DNA of 64,000 nt from a virus: positions 1-64,000 of the IMG/VR virus record IMGVR_UViG_3300032267_001204. One strand, 5' to 3'. Below, one piece after another: positions 18,280 to 26,385 of the stretch. Each line of letters begins with the position of its first letter. Position 1 is the first letter of the stretch. The notes beneath the pieces are model-generated. The model was given only the letters and a program-made list of their open reading frames with translations, was not told where the DNA came from and made no database searches. The position numbers were made by a program, and so were the translations under genes.

Positions 18280-19821
18280 ATGCGATACCTCTCGGTTTGC
18301 AGCGGCATCGAAGCCGCAAGCGTGGCGTGGGAACCCCTTGGCTGGTCTCCCGCCGCATTCTCTGAAATTGAGCCATTTCCGGCCGCTGTCCTCGCCCACC
18401 ATTGGCCGGAAGTCCCTAACTTGGGCGACATGAACAACTATGAAGACTGGAACAACTTGGACGCAATCGACCTTTTGGTCGGAGGAACCCCCTGCCAAAG
18501 CTTCTCCGTCGCCGGTCTGCGAAAAGGACTCAAAGACCCCCGTGGAGGACTCATGCTTACCTACCTTGAAATCGCTCGGCGTTTCCGGCCTCGATGGGTT
18601 GTGTGGGAAAATGTCCCCGGCGTCCTGTCTAGCGACGGAGGACGGGATTTTGGTTCCTTCCTCGGGGCGTTGGGGGAGCTGGGGTATGGCTGGGCCTATC
18701 GCGTCTTGGACGCTCAATGGATCCGAACACAACGACACCCCCGCGCCGTCCCGCAGCGCAGGAGACGTGTCTTCGTTGTCGGATGTCTTGGAGACCGGAC
18801 CCGTGCCGCCAAGGTTCTTTTTGAGTCCCAAAGCGTGTGCAGGGATTCTGCGGAGAGCCGAAAAAAGAAAGAAGACGTTGCCGGAACATTTACGGCTCGC
18901 GCTCGAAGCGGGGGCTGGTGTCAAGACGTCGATCTCGCCAGCTCTGGATACATGCAAGTCGCCGGAGCTCTCGATACCGAGTGCGGCGGGAACAAACTGA
19001 CCCACCAGACCTTGCTCAACGGCCATGCGCTGGCCGTGGGCGCTCTCTCGGCAGACGATGGAGAACAAGGGATGACAACGATCCAAGCCGCTGCCTCGGG
19101 GATGCTGATCGCCTTCCAACAAAACACCCGCGACGAAGTCCGCCTCATAGGTGGCGACGGCAAGATCGCGGGGGCTTTGGCTGCCGAGGCAGGGATGAAG
19201 CAACAGAACTATCTGGCTCCGGCCCGAATGGTCGCTTTCGGCGAATACGTCGAAGACGGAACCGCCTCGGCCATGAAAGCGCGGGATTACAAAGACGCCA
19301 CAGATCTGGTTGCCGTGGACGCCTACAACCAGACCGTGAGCGATACCTCGCAAGCCCTCTCGTCTTCCGCGAGCGACATTAACCACACCGGAGGAGCGAT
19401 CGTGCCGGCCGCGACCGCGATTCAGGACGTAACCGACCGAGACAAAAAACAGAACGGGCGCGGATGGAACGCCGACGGAACAAGCTACACTCTGGACGCA
19501 GCAGCGACGCAAGGGGTCGCTCAAGTCCAGTGGGCCAGCGGCGGAGGACAACTAGAAAACCCGACCGCCCAAGCCCTGCGGTCTGGAGCGAAACACAACT
19601 ACCAATTCGCTCGCGTAGGCATGGCAGTCAGACGGCTTACCCCGACAGAATGTGAGCGGCTCCAAGGATTCCCCGATAGCCACACCTTGATCCCGTGGAA
19701 GAAGAAACCGGCGGATCAATGCCCCGACGGCCCACGCTACAAAGCCTTGGGCAACTCGATGGCCGTGAACTGCATGGGATGGCTCGGCCAACGCATCGAC
19801 TTCTACGACAAGCAATCATAA
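18280..19821 (+). CDS. C5-cytosine DNA methyltransferase with an expanded multi-module TRD region
   Basis: SVCSGIEA (I), GGTPCQSFS (IV), WENVPG (VI), PQRRRRVF (VIII), RRLTPTECERLQGFP (IX), YKALGNS (X). Confidence 0.93.
   Translation: MRYLSVCSGIEAASVAWEPLGWSPAAFSEIEPFPAAVLAHHWPEVPNLGDMNNYEDWNNLDAIDLLVGGTPCQSFSVAGLRKGLKDPRGGLMLTYLEIARRFRPRWVVWENVPGVLSSDGGRDFGSFLGALGELGYGWAYRVLDAQWIRTQRHPRAVPQRRRRVFVVGCLGDRTRAAKVLFESQSVCRDSAESRKKKEDVAGTFTARARSGGWCQDVDLASSGYMQVAGALDTECGGNKLTHQTLLNGHALAVGALSADDGEQGMTTIQAAASGMLIAFQQNTRDEVRLIGGDGKIAGALAAEAGMKQQNYLAPARMVAFGEYVEDGTASAMKARDYKDATDLVAVDAYNQTVSDTSQALSSSASDINHTGGAIVPAATAIQDVTDRDKKQNGRGWNADGTSYTLDAAATQGVAQVQWASGGGQLENPTAQALRSGAKHNYQFARVGMAVRRLTPTECERLQGFPDSHTLIPWKKKPADQCPDGPRYKALGNSMAVNCMGWLGQRIDFYDKQS
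18440..19000 (+). CDS. Overprinted alternative-frame ORF, M.EcoHK31I beta-subunit-like
   Basis: +1 frame inside the MTase; SSLSDVLE...FFLSPKACAGILRRAEKRKKTLPEHLRLAL. Confidence 0.65.
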   Translation: MKTGTTWTQSTFWSEEPPAKASPSPVCEKDSKTPVEDSCLPTLKSLGVSGLDGLCGKMSPASCLATEDGILVPSSGRWGSWGMAGPIASWTLNGSEHNDTPAPSRSAGDVSSLSDVLETGPVPPRFFLSPKACAGILRRAEKRKKTLPEHLRLALEAGAGVKTSISPALDTCKSPELSIPSAAGTN

Positions 19822-19846
19822 CCCAACAACCCACAAGGAGAATGAA

Positions 19847-20035
19847 ATGTACAACAGCGAGAAACGAGTCCGCGAAAAAGACGGCTACGACAGCCTCGGG
19901 GAAGCCCTCGCGGCCCGCTCTTCACTAGCGAGAAAACGAGGCAAGCGGTTCAAGACCCTGCGCCCCTACCAAGTTAACGGTCGATGGTTCCTGACCAAAA
20001 TGAGCAAGGGCCAAGCAAAGCAATACTCTTTTTGA
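19847..20035 (+). CDS. Small basic hypothetical protein
   Basis: AGGAG RBS upstream; KDGYDSLGEA...RPYQVNGRWFLT. Confidence 0.6.
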   Translation: MYNSEKRVREKDGYDSLGEALAARSSLARKRGKRFKTLRPYQVNGRWFLTKMSKGQAKQYSF

Positions 20036-20039
20036 TAAA

Positions 20040-22337
20040 ATGAACCTCGACATTACCCCCGAAGAATTTGGTATCCACCCCTGCCCCGAGTCCGGAGAAG
20101 GATGCCACGGCTGGATCTACGGCGCAGCCCATCGGCTCGTTGCTGCCGGCTTTGAAGACGATGAGATCGAGGCGTGGATCGAGGCGTACCTCAAACGCCC
20201 GTCCCAGCCCCGCGAAATTGCCAACACCCTGTCCAAGGTTCGGGCCGAAGCCGACGGGAAGATCGCGCCGCGCAAGAGCGTCGGAGCCAAACGCCCCAAA
20301 GATGAGGCGGCCGTCGCCAAGCTCTTGGAGGGCGGCCCGATCTCGGTTGAGGACTTCATCGCGTCGAGTCCCAGTCCGGTATCAATTGATACTACCACCG
20401 TTCTCAAGGCGCTATTCCCGGGAGAGAAGACCATTCTCTTCACCGATCAGATGTCCCAGGGCCAGCGAGTCTGGGACGAAGCCATCCCCCCAGAGGACGT
20501 AGATCGTCTGGGACGGACAAATACGCAGGGCGCTTGGTTTCTTCTTAATCCAGTCACCGGAGACTACGCCGAACGCGAGGGAGCCAAACCCTCCCGCCGG
20601 TCCGAAGCGACCATTTCCGCTTACAAACACGTCCTCGTCGAGTCCGACAACGTCAACCTCGGAGAGTGGCTCGCCATCCTGCGCCAGCTCGACCTCCCCA
20701 TCGTCTGCGTAACCCTCTCCGGCAATGCCTCGGCCCACGCTATCGTCCGGGTTTCCGCAGATAACCGAGATGAGTGGGTCGCCGCTGCCAAGAAGATTGC
20801 TGATCTCGTCGTTCCGCTCGGAGCCGACCCCAACGCCATCACCGCAGTCCGGCTCACGCGCCTCCCGGGGGTGGTGCGAAAAGACAACGGAAATACCCAA
20901 TCGCTGATTTGGTTCAATCCAGAGGCCGTGCCGACTGAAAAATGCGTTCTTAGTAAGCCAGAAGGATCAGATCCAGACGCGACCAAAGAAGAAGAGGCCA
21001 ATATTTCTTCCGAAACCGGTGGACGAAATGACGACTTCTCCGACATTTATTACGACGGCAAAGCCTATTTCATGCGCTCCGCCGACGGGATCTGGCGGTA
21101 TGAGCTGGCAGGAATGCTTCACTCTGCACTCAAGGTGCGCGGCTACGCCGACAGCGCACCCAAGGGGCGAGCGACCCAAATGGACGTAGCCAAAGGCATC
21201 ATCCGCGAACAGCGCCGAGTCGATGGCGCAGGCCCTCGCCTCTACAGCCCCCACGAAACATGGGCAGAAGGCGGCAAAAGATTCCTCAACACCGCTTGCA
21301 CCAAGATCATGCCGGCCGCGCCGACCGCCGGAGCATGGGGTGAGTTCTTCCCGCGCTACGCCGGAGTCCTCGACAACACCTTTACCTGCCCCTCGTACAA
21401 GGACACCTTCTTGGCTTGGTTCAAACGCTTCTACGAGTCCGCCGAGGTGGGCGAATTGCAGCTAGGGCAGGCCCTCGCCCTGGTAGGCCCCGTCCAGTGC
21501 TTCAAATCCTTCATCATCGAGCAGATCCTCCGCCCCGCGATGGGCGGCTACGCCGACCTGTCCTCGATCGTCAGCGGCGAAAGCAACGGCTTTAACAGCG
21601 AACTCTACCACTCCCCCTTGGCCGTCATCGACGACTCCAAGGCGGCCGAGTCCGAGGCCCAGCTCAACCGGTATGCCAGCGCCATTAAGAAGTTGGCGGC
21701 CCATGGTCGTCACAAATACCACGAAAAGTTTGTGACACCGATCCTCGTCGAATGGAAAGGCCGCGTGATCATCGCGGCCAACGACGACGCGGTGTCGATC
21801 AAGTCAGTTCCGGCCCTCGACATTAGCAATGAGGACAAGCTCATCGTCCTAGCCATGCAGACATGGGAAGAAAACCCCGGCCCCGACGCCTTGCGCGACG
21901 TTGTCGAGGAACTCCCCCACCTCCTCGCATGGCTCAAGGAGTGGGACTATCCCAGGGGCCTCGTGGACCCCGGCTCGCGGTACGGGATTCGGAGCGTCGT
22001 GGCGCCCGAGATCCGAGACAAGATGGAGGCATCCGCGAGGACAGCAGAGCTGACCGACACCCTGCGCCTGTGGCGGAAACGAATGCCGGTCGAAGAACGT
22101 GACATTGTTTGGCTCGGGACCTCCGTGGAGCTTCACCAGTCCTTCAATGTGGTCTTCGACAACTCGTCCCTGACTAACCAGTGGCCGGTTCGGGTGCTGG
22201 GGGCTCGGATGCAACAGCTTTCCAACAAGCCCGACTCCGGCGTCAGCATCGCGCAGCGGCGGTACGGCAAGGAGAAGGTGACCCTGTGGAGGATCGAGCC
22301 ACCAGGGCCGGAGACGCCGGACGAGAATCCGTTCTGA
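20040..22337 (+). CDS. Primase (AEP/RepB-like) fused to a P-loop (D5/SF3-like) helicase
   Basis: VLVESD, SGNASAHA, RLTRLPG primase motifs; C-terminal GPVQCFKS, AVIDD, IIAAN. Confidence 0.8.
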   Translation: MNLDITPEEFGIHPCPESGEGCHGWIYGAAHRLVAAGFEDDEIEAWIEAYLKRPSQPREIANTLSKVRAEADGKIAPRKSVGAKRPKDEAAVAKLLEGGPISVEDFIASSPSPVSIDTTTVLKALFPGEKTILFTDQMSQGQRVWDEAIPPEDVDRLGRTNTQGAWFLLNPVTGDYAEREGAKPSRRSEATISAYKHVLVESDNVNLGEWLAILRQLDLPIVCVTLSGNASAHAIVRVSADNRDEWVAAAKKIADLVVPLGADPNAITAVRLTRLPGVVRKDNGNTQSLIWFNPEAVPTEKCVLSKPEGSDPDATKEEEANISSETGGRNDDFSDIYYDGKAYFMRSADGIWRYELAGMLHSALKVRGYADSAPKGRATQMDVAKGIIREQRRVDGAGPRLYSPHETWAEGGKRFLNTACTKIMPAAPTAGAWGEFFPRYAGVLDNTFTCPSYKDTFLAWFKRFYESAEVGELQLGQALALVGPVQCFKSFIIEQILRPAMGGYADLSSIVSGESNGFNSELYHSPLAVIDDSKAAESEAQLNRYASAIKKLAAHGRHKYHEKFVTPILVEWKGRVIIAANDDAVSIKSVPALDISNEDKLIVLAMQTWEENPGPDALRDVVEELPHLLAWLKEWDYPRGLVDPGSRYGIRSVVAPEIRDKMEASARTAELTDTLRLWRKRMPVEERDIVWLGTSVELHQSFNVVFDNSSLTNQWPVRVLGARMQQLSNKPDSGVSIAQRRYGKEKVTLWRIEPPGPETPDENPF

Positions 22338-22946
22338 GGCTGGCAGCCTGAAGCATGAAGCATGAAGCCTCCTTCGTGAGGCACAATGTCAGGTTAAACG
22401 GCCGGATGACTGCGACTGAGCAATCATTACTGGGGGATTCCTAGGTGTTCCCCCAGCGAAAAAAGACTCCATCCCCCACGTTAAGTTGCTTCGCGCCAGC
22501 GATTTAGGTCGATCTGGGGGACGAGGGGGAGGGATTCGGGGAATGCGGGTGGCGGAACGACGGGAGGGGGGCTACAGCCGTATATATAATATTTTTTGTT
22601 ATAGAGAAACACTGTAGGAATCCCCCTTTCCCCCAGATTTGTAGTATGTCTCTGTCGGACAGCGATTTAAGCCCTGTTTTTGACTGGGGGAAAGCCTGGG
22701 GGAAAGGGGGAAAGCCCCCCTAAAAGTGGGGTTAAACGCGAGTTTAGGGGGAAAGGCCTGCCGAAAACGCGGTTTTCGGGGGTTTCTGAGTTTAGCCCAC
22801 ATTCTGAGGGTCAGTATGTCGGGAATCCCGACAATCAACCTGAAGCATGAGGCGTAAAGCCTCTTTCGTGAGGCGCTATACCCGATAAGGTCGCCGTCAG
22901 GCGACATCCCAGAGAAGACGGCGAACGACGACACCGGGAAAGCTTA
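22338..22946. other. Non-coding origin-like or genome-end region
   Basis: AT-rich core at 22581-22603; repeated (CT)GGGGGAAAG; 16-bp inverted pair 22621-22636 / 22696-22711; flanking direct repeats TGAAGCATGA...GCCTCYTTCGTGAGGC. Confidence 0.55.
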
Positions 22947-22975
22947 GTGCAAACCGTAGGACTTTGTTCGCAAGT

Positions 22976-23001
22976 GCATACACTTCGCAACAAGTGTATG
23001 C
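22976..23001 (-). terminator. Hairpin downstream of the leftward transcription unit
   Basis: GCATACACTT-6nt-AAGTGTATGC, perfect 10-bp stem 5 nt after the stop of 23006-23224. Confidence 0.4.
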
Positions 23002-23005
23002 GTTC

Positions 23006-23224
23006 CTATCCAAGGTGGAGTCCTCGGTCATCGAGGATTTCAATAACTCGCGCCCGGACGCGCTCGAAAGTCCGATACTCCTCGGCGGTGTGTTCGCCGT
23101 GCTTGATCTGGGACCTGAGGTATTGCAAGAGGTCGTCCATCGCCCATCTCCAATCCGAACCCTGGCGGGCGTCGGTCAGCGCGGCGTCGTCCTCTGGGAG
23201 GTGGAACTCAAGGGTAGCTTTCAT
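23006..23224 (-). CDS. Conserved hypothetical phage protein
   Basis: MKATLEFHLPED...LRSQIKH, a pattern recurrent in aquatic phages. Confidence 0.7.
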   Translation of the reverse strand: MKATLEFHLPEDDAALTDARQGSDWRWAMDDLLQYLRSQIKHGEHTAEEYRTFERVRARVIEILDDRGLHLG

Positions 23225-23301
23225 AAAGTGGGGCGGGGTCCGGGATTTCCCCAGTAAACGAGCGTCACAGTTTAGAAAGCTGCCGCACGACCCCCACCAT
23301 T

Positions 23302-23370
23302 TTGCAGGACCGGGAATCGAACCCGGAGAGCCGGCTTATGAGACCAGCTTAGGATCCAACCTTTCCTGCG
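23302..23370 (-). tRNA. Non-canonical tRNA-Met(CAT)-like gene with a short D-arm
   Basis: CGCAGGA/TCCTGCA acceptor (C1:A72 mismatch), CTCATAA anticodon loop, CCGGG-TTCGATT-CCCGG T-arm; 69 nt; no encoded CCA. Confidence 0.7.
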
Positions 23371-23373
23371 GGG

Positions 23374-23403
23374 TTAATATCCTTGCGTTTGCAAGTGTGT
23401 CAA
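23374..23403 (-). promoter_or_regulatory. Sigma70-like promoter for the tRNA-like gene
   Basis: Perfect TTGACA (23403-23398), then GATATT or TATTAA at 16-18 bp; spacer contains the palindrome CTTGC-N4-GCAAG. Confidence 0.5.
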
Positions 23404-23913
23404 ACGGCTCCCCTGATTGTTGCGGTTATCAGCCGGTTAATAAATGCAAAATCCCGGGAAAAATTAATTTCCCATCAAATGATATGTAACTGCTGCGAAA
23501 TTGGTGGTCAGAGGGGACCGTGGTGGATCGGGTGGTGGGTCACAGATTCAGGATCCGTGCGCTTTCTACCGATCATCTCTGTATTGTGCCGCATTGTGAC
23601 GAGAACCATGAAGCATGGATATTGCTGCAAGCCTCTGTGCATCAATGACTTACGCAAAAAGGGGCAAATCAGCCTCTAACAGAGTAGCATCGGGCCAAAA
23701 AGCCCACCTCTACACAACATATAGGGGAAAATCCGGCCCTTTTGATTGATTCGCCCTGCTTTTCAGGGGGTTTCCCTCCTTTGGCCTCATAACCTGCCTA
23801 CCGATTAACAGAGTAAAACGCCGTGTCCCGTCCATTTATTCATGGATGAAAGCTCCATCGGAGCCGGAATCCACTCAAGTAGAAACAAAGAGCCATGCTC
23901 CAAGCATCGCTCA

Positions 23914-23931
23914 ACTCAACATCCGTTGAGT
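23914..23931. repeat. Palindrome A copy 1, ACTCAAC-ATCC-GTTGAGT
   Basis: Read directly; 19 nt before the first early ATG. Confidence 0.9.
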
Positions 23932-23950
23932 CGTTAGCTCGTTAGACAAC

Positions 23951-24355
23951 ATGAAAACACACAAACTCGTTACCTCGTTCTGCAACGGAATCCTCCAAGG
24001 CGAAACGCTCCGCGAAACGCTCATCCAGCTTGCCGCTGAAATGGTCGAGACGATCGGCAAGCGTGACGCTGCGAAGCAAGTCCGCGCAGAGTTGAAAACC
24101 CCTCGCTTCATCAATGCCCTCGTCGGCGAAGGGAAGCGTTACAAGAACGAGCGGTCGTGGGAAGTCCGCGTCTCGTTCATCCTCTGCAACTACGGCCTGA
24201 AGGCCAAGTCGTCGGAGGGAAGCGGCAAGAAAGTTGCGCCGCGTCTCCGCTCCGAAGGTTCCAAGATCGCTGCCAAGCTGCTCGCTAACTTCGAGAAAGC
24301 TGAAGCGGTGAGCATCCTCCGCGTTGCCTTGGAAGAAGCCAAGGCCGCTGAATAA
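23951..24355 (+). CDS. Hypothetical early protein (basic, helical)
   Basis: First gene of the early array; its stop codon overlaps palindrome copy 2. Confidence 0.75.
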   Translation: MKTHKLVTSFCNGILQGETLRETLIQLAAEMVETIGKRDAAKQVRAELKTPRFINALVGEGKRYKNERSWEVRVSFILCNYGLKAKSSEGSGKKVAPRLRSEGSKIAAKLLANFEKAEAVSILRVALEEAKAAE

Positions 24356-24372
24356 CTCAACATCTGTTGAGT
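24355..24372. repeat. Palindrome A copy 2, ACTCAAC-ATCT-GTTGAGT
   Basis: Read directly; right arm is also the 5' arm of a long UUCG-capped hairpin extending to about 24418. Confidence 0.9.
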
Positions 24373-24445
24373 GAGAACAACAGCGCAGGGCTTCGGCCCT
24401 GCGTTGTATCTTGCTCAAAGCGGCAAGCGTGGCGCGATTCACGCA

Positions 24446-24473
24446 CCATGAACCATGAACCATGAACCATGAC
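24446..24473 (+). repeat. Tandem CCATGAA x4 ending in a start codon
   Basis: ccatgaa ccatgaa ccatgaa ccatgac. Confidence 0.8.
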
Positions 24474-24675
24474 CCTAAAACCACTACCCCGATTAACTGA
24501 TGCCGAGCTGAAGCGAGAAGCCGACGCGATTGTGCGTTACAACGAACACCGCAATCCCTTCTTTGGTAAAGTTTCGTTCGGCGAGTTTTGTCGTATCCCA
24601 TACATGACTCCCGCCGAGATTGCGGACGCCTCGCCGGAGTTGCAACACGCCGCCACGTTCTGGAGCGATCTATGA
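24469..24675 (+). CDS. Hypothetical early protein
   Basis: Coupled ORF in the early array. Confidence 0.6.
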   Translation: MTLKPLPRLTDAELKREADAIVRYNEHRNPFFGKVSFGEFCRIPYMTPAEIADASPELQHAATFWSDL

Positions 24676-24899
24676 ACGCTAACACCCGAGCCAAGAAACT
24701 TGAGCGGCTATTTATCGCTGCCGCTTTCGAACCACGCACAAACAAGGAGTTCGATCACAAACCAGAGGCGTTGCGAACCGAGTTCTGGCAGCTTCATCGT
24801 CGTCTGCCGCACTCCGCCCCCGCGCTTTGGGAGCGGTTCAAGAAGCGCATGGAGCGCACGGGCCGTTTGTCCGAAGGCACATCGTGGAGATACGAGTAA
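24672..24899 (+). CDS. Hypothetical early protein
   Basis: ATGA coupling (MNANTRAKK...). Confidence 0.6.
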   Translation: MNANTRAKKLERLFIAAAFEPRTNKEFDHKPEALRTEFWQLHRRLPHSAPALWERFKKRMERTGRLSEGTSWRYE

Positions 24900-24936
24900 T
24901 CACATCGGCGCATCCTTCGGGGTGCGTCGAGGTGTC

Positions 24937-24956
24937 GAATCAGAGTGTTCTGATTC
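24937..24956. repeat. Palindrome B copy 1, GAATCAGA-GTGT-TCTGATTC
   Basis: Read directly; 4 nt upstream of palindrome A copy 3. Confidence 0.75.
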
Positions 24957-24960
24957 GCCG

Positions 24961-24978
24961 ACTCAACATTCGTTGAGT
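24961..24978. repeat. Palindrome A copy 3, ACTCAAC-ATTC-GTTGAGT
   Basis: Read directly. Confidence 0.9.
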
Positions 24979-25041
24979 GAACCCTCTGGCATGAGGGGCA
25001 ACAAACTCCCCGAAAGGCGAGCATCATGCCACACCACGAAC

Positions 25042-25233
25042 ATGGAAACAGGAATACTGCCCAAGAAAAAGCTGCCCCGCTTCCGCGAGGCGGCGAAAGA
25101 CGAGGGACGTCCCCTCGCCTTCGAGCCAACCCCCAAGGAACTCGAAGACGAAAGGTCGCGCTATCTGGCGGCCAACAACCGCAACTTCGGGACGAATCTG
25201 GCTTTCGTCATTGACTTCGTCCCGAAATCATAA
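25042..25233 (+). CDS. Hypothetical early protein
   Basis: METGILPKKKLP...; start follows an AC-rich leader. Confidence 0.55.
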   Translation: METGILPKKKLPRFREAAKDEGRPLAFEPTPKELEDERSRYLAANNRNFGTNLAFVIDFVPKS

Positions 25234-25243
25234 CCTCATCACC

Positions 25244-25456
25244 ATGAGCCATGAAACAAGGTTCCTTAACCCTGATCCACAGCCCCAGGCCGATCCGGCC
25301 GAGTGGCGTCCGAGTGCCGAACGCGAGTGGCGTCGCGAAGTCGGCGGCATCGAAGCCGAGTGCAAATGCCCTGATTGCGAACCCCGCAAGGCAAAGGGCG
25401 AATTCGGTTTCTACCATCCTGCAACAAATGAACGCGGAGGTCGATATGCGGAGTAA
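25244..25456 (+). CDS. Hypothetical early protein with CxCxxC
   Basis: MSHETRF...ECKCPDCEP. Confidence 0.55.
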   Translation: MSHETRFLNPDPQPQADPAEWRPSAEREWRREVGGIEAECKCPDCEPRKAKGEFGFYHPATNERGGRYAE

Positions 25457-25564
25457 CCACTACAAAACCAAGTGTCTGGAGAAGCTGGTCTTATTGTCCC
25501 TGCTCCTCCTCTGGATGCTGTTCGCTCTGCTGTAATAACCACAACACCAAAAAAGTAGATAAGT

Positions 25565-25909
25565 ATGGCTAACTACAAAACCGAGTTCCCTGATTACGAC
25601 GACACCCTTCCAGAGTTGGGAGGATTCACCGACTCGTCGTGGCGCAACGATGCCTGTCCGAGCCTCTCGAAAGAGATCAGCGACGACCTGCATCCCAAGA
25701 CGATCACGATCTTTGTCGATTACAAAGACCGCGCATTGTCGGAATGCCCCGAGGTTTTCTTCAACGATCATGGCGACTACTACCGCTTTGTCATCGTCGA
25801 GTTCACCCCTTGGGCCGGAGAGAACGGGCAACGCGTGTTGCTGGCAACTAACGATTGGACAGAGGTCTCTGACTTCGCCGCCGATCTCAACTCAACGAAT
25901 GTTGAGTAA
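25565..25909 (+). CDS. Acidic hypothetical early protein
   Basis: EFPDYD...DSSWRNDACPS; last codons (NSTNVE*) are encoded by palindrome copy 4. Confidence 0.75.
   Translation: MANYKTEFPDYDDTLPELGGFTDSSWRNDACPSLSKEISDDLHPKTITIFVDYKDRALSECPEVFFNDHGDYYRFVIVEFTPWAGENGQRVLLATNDWTEVSDFAADLNSTNVE
25890..25907. repeat. Palindrome A copy 4, ACTCAAC-GAAT-GTTGAGT
   Basis: Read directly; exact reverse complement of copy 3. Confidence 0.9.
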
Positions 25910-25928
25910 CCATAAATCCTATCACGCG

Positions 25929-26294
25929 ATGAAAACATATCCCAAACAACGACACATCTTCCCGAAACATCCTCACAAGAATCCGGAAGGTCCGATAACG
26001 GCATGGGTCTACAACGGCCTTCACGATCCGGAGGAGCCCTATGCCAACTACATCATCGAGGAGATCAGGTGGATCGAGCATCTTGACGAGCCAGCCTTCA
26101 TGCTCGTTCTGGAGAACTCCTCGTTCATCAAGCCTCGCCTCGAAGACCTTGAGCCGCTGCTGTTCAAGTGGCTCGAAGACGAAGGTGTGCGCCTCGTGCA
26201 TCTCAACGCCCAAGACGCGAGCGAAACCCCCCGACAAATGGCGTTCGCACCGCGCAAATGCCCAACCTGCTGCCAACCCATCCCTGAGGAGTGA
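25929..26294 (+). CDS. Hypothetical early protein
   Basis: MKTYPKQR...LEDLEPLLFKW...CPTCCQP. Confidence 0.65.
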   Translation: MKTYPKQRHIFPKHPHKNPEGPITAWVYNGLHDPEEPYANYIIEEIRWIEHLDEPAFMLVLENSSFIKPRLEDLEPLLFKWLEDEGVRLVHLNAQDASETPRQMAFAPRKCPTCCQPIPEE

Positions 26295-26363
26295 AACTCC
26301 GCACTCCCTGCCCCCACAGGGAGTGTCAGTCTCACTCAACAGATGTTGAGTAGGGAAATAACC
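26286..26363 (+). repeat. Composite element: long hairpin, palindrome A copy 5 (26334-26351), AGGGAAATAACC
   Basis: About 80-bp near-repeat of 26937-27016, with a different inner stem sequence that keeps the pairing. Confidence 0.85.
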
Positions 26364-26385
26364 AAACAACCAACATGGAGGTAAC

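Noticed and set aside
23302-23370. tRNA-like element as the attP
   Set aside because: It is 15 kb from the integrase and has both acceptor strands; a better attP candidate lies at 7285-7306.
23640-23652. IHF-like site CATCAATGACTTA
   Set aside because: A single imperfect match to a short degenerate consensus is insufficient on its own.
22599-23679. ORFs 22599-22934, 22947-23489 and 23383-23679
   Set aside because: They overlap the repeat-rich origin-like region, the tRNA-like gene or a better minus-strand gene, and their composition is not protein-like.
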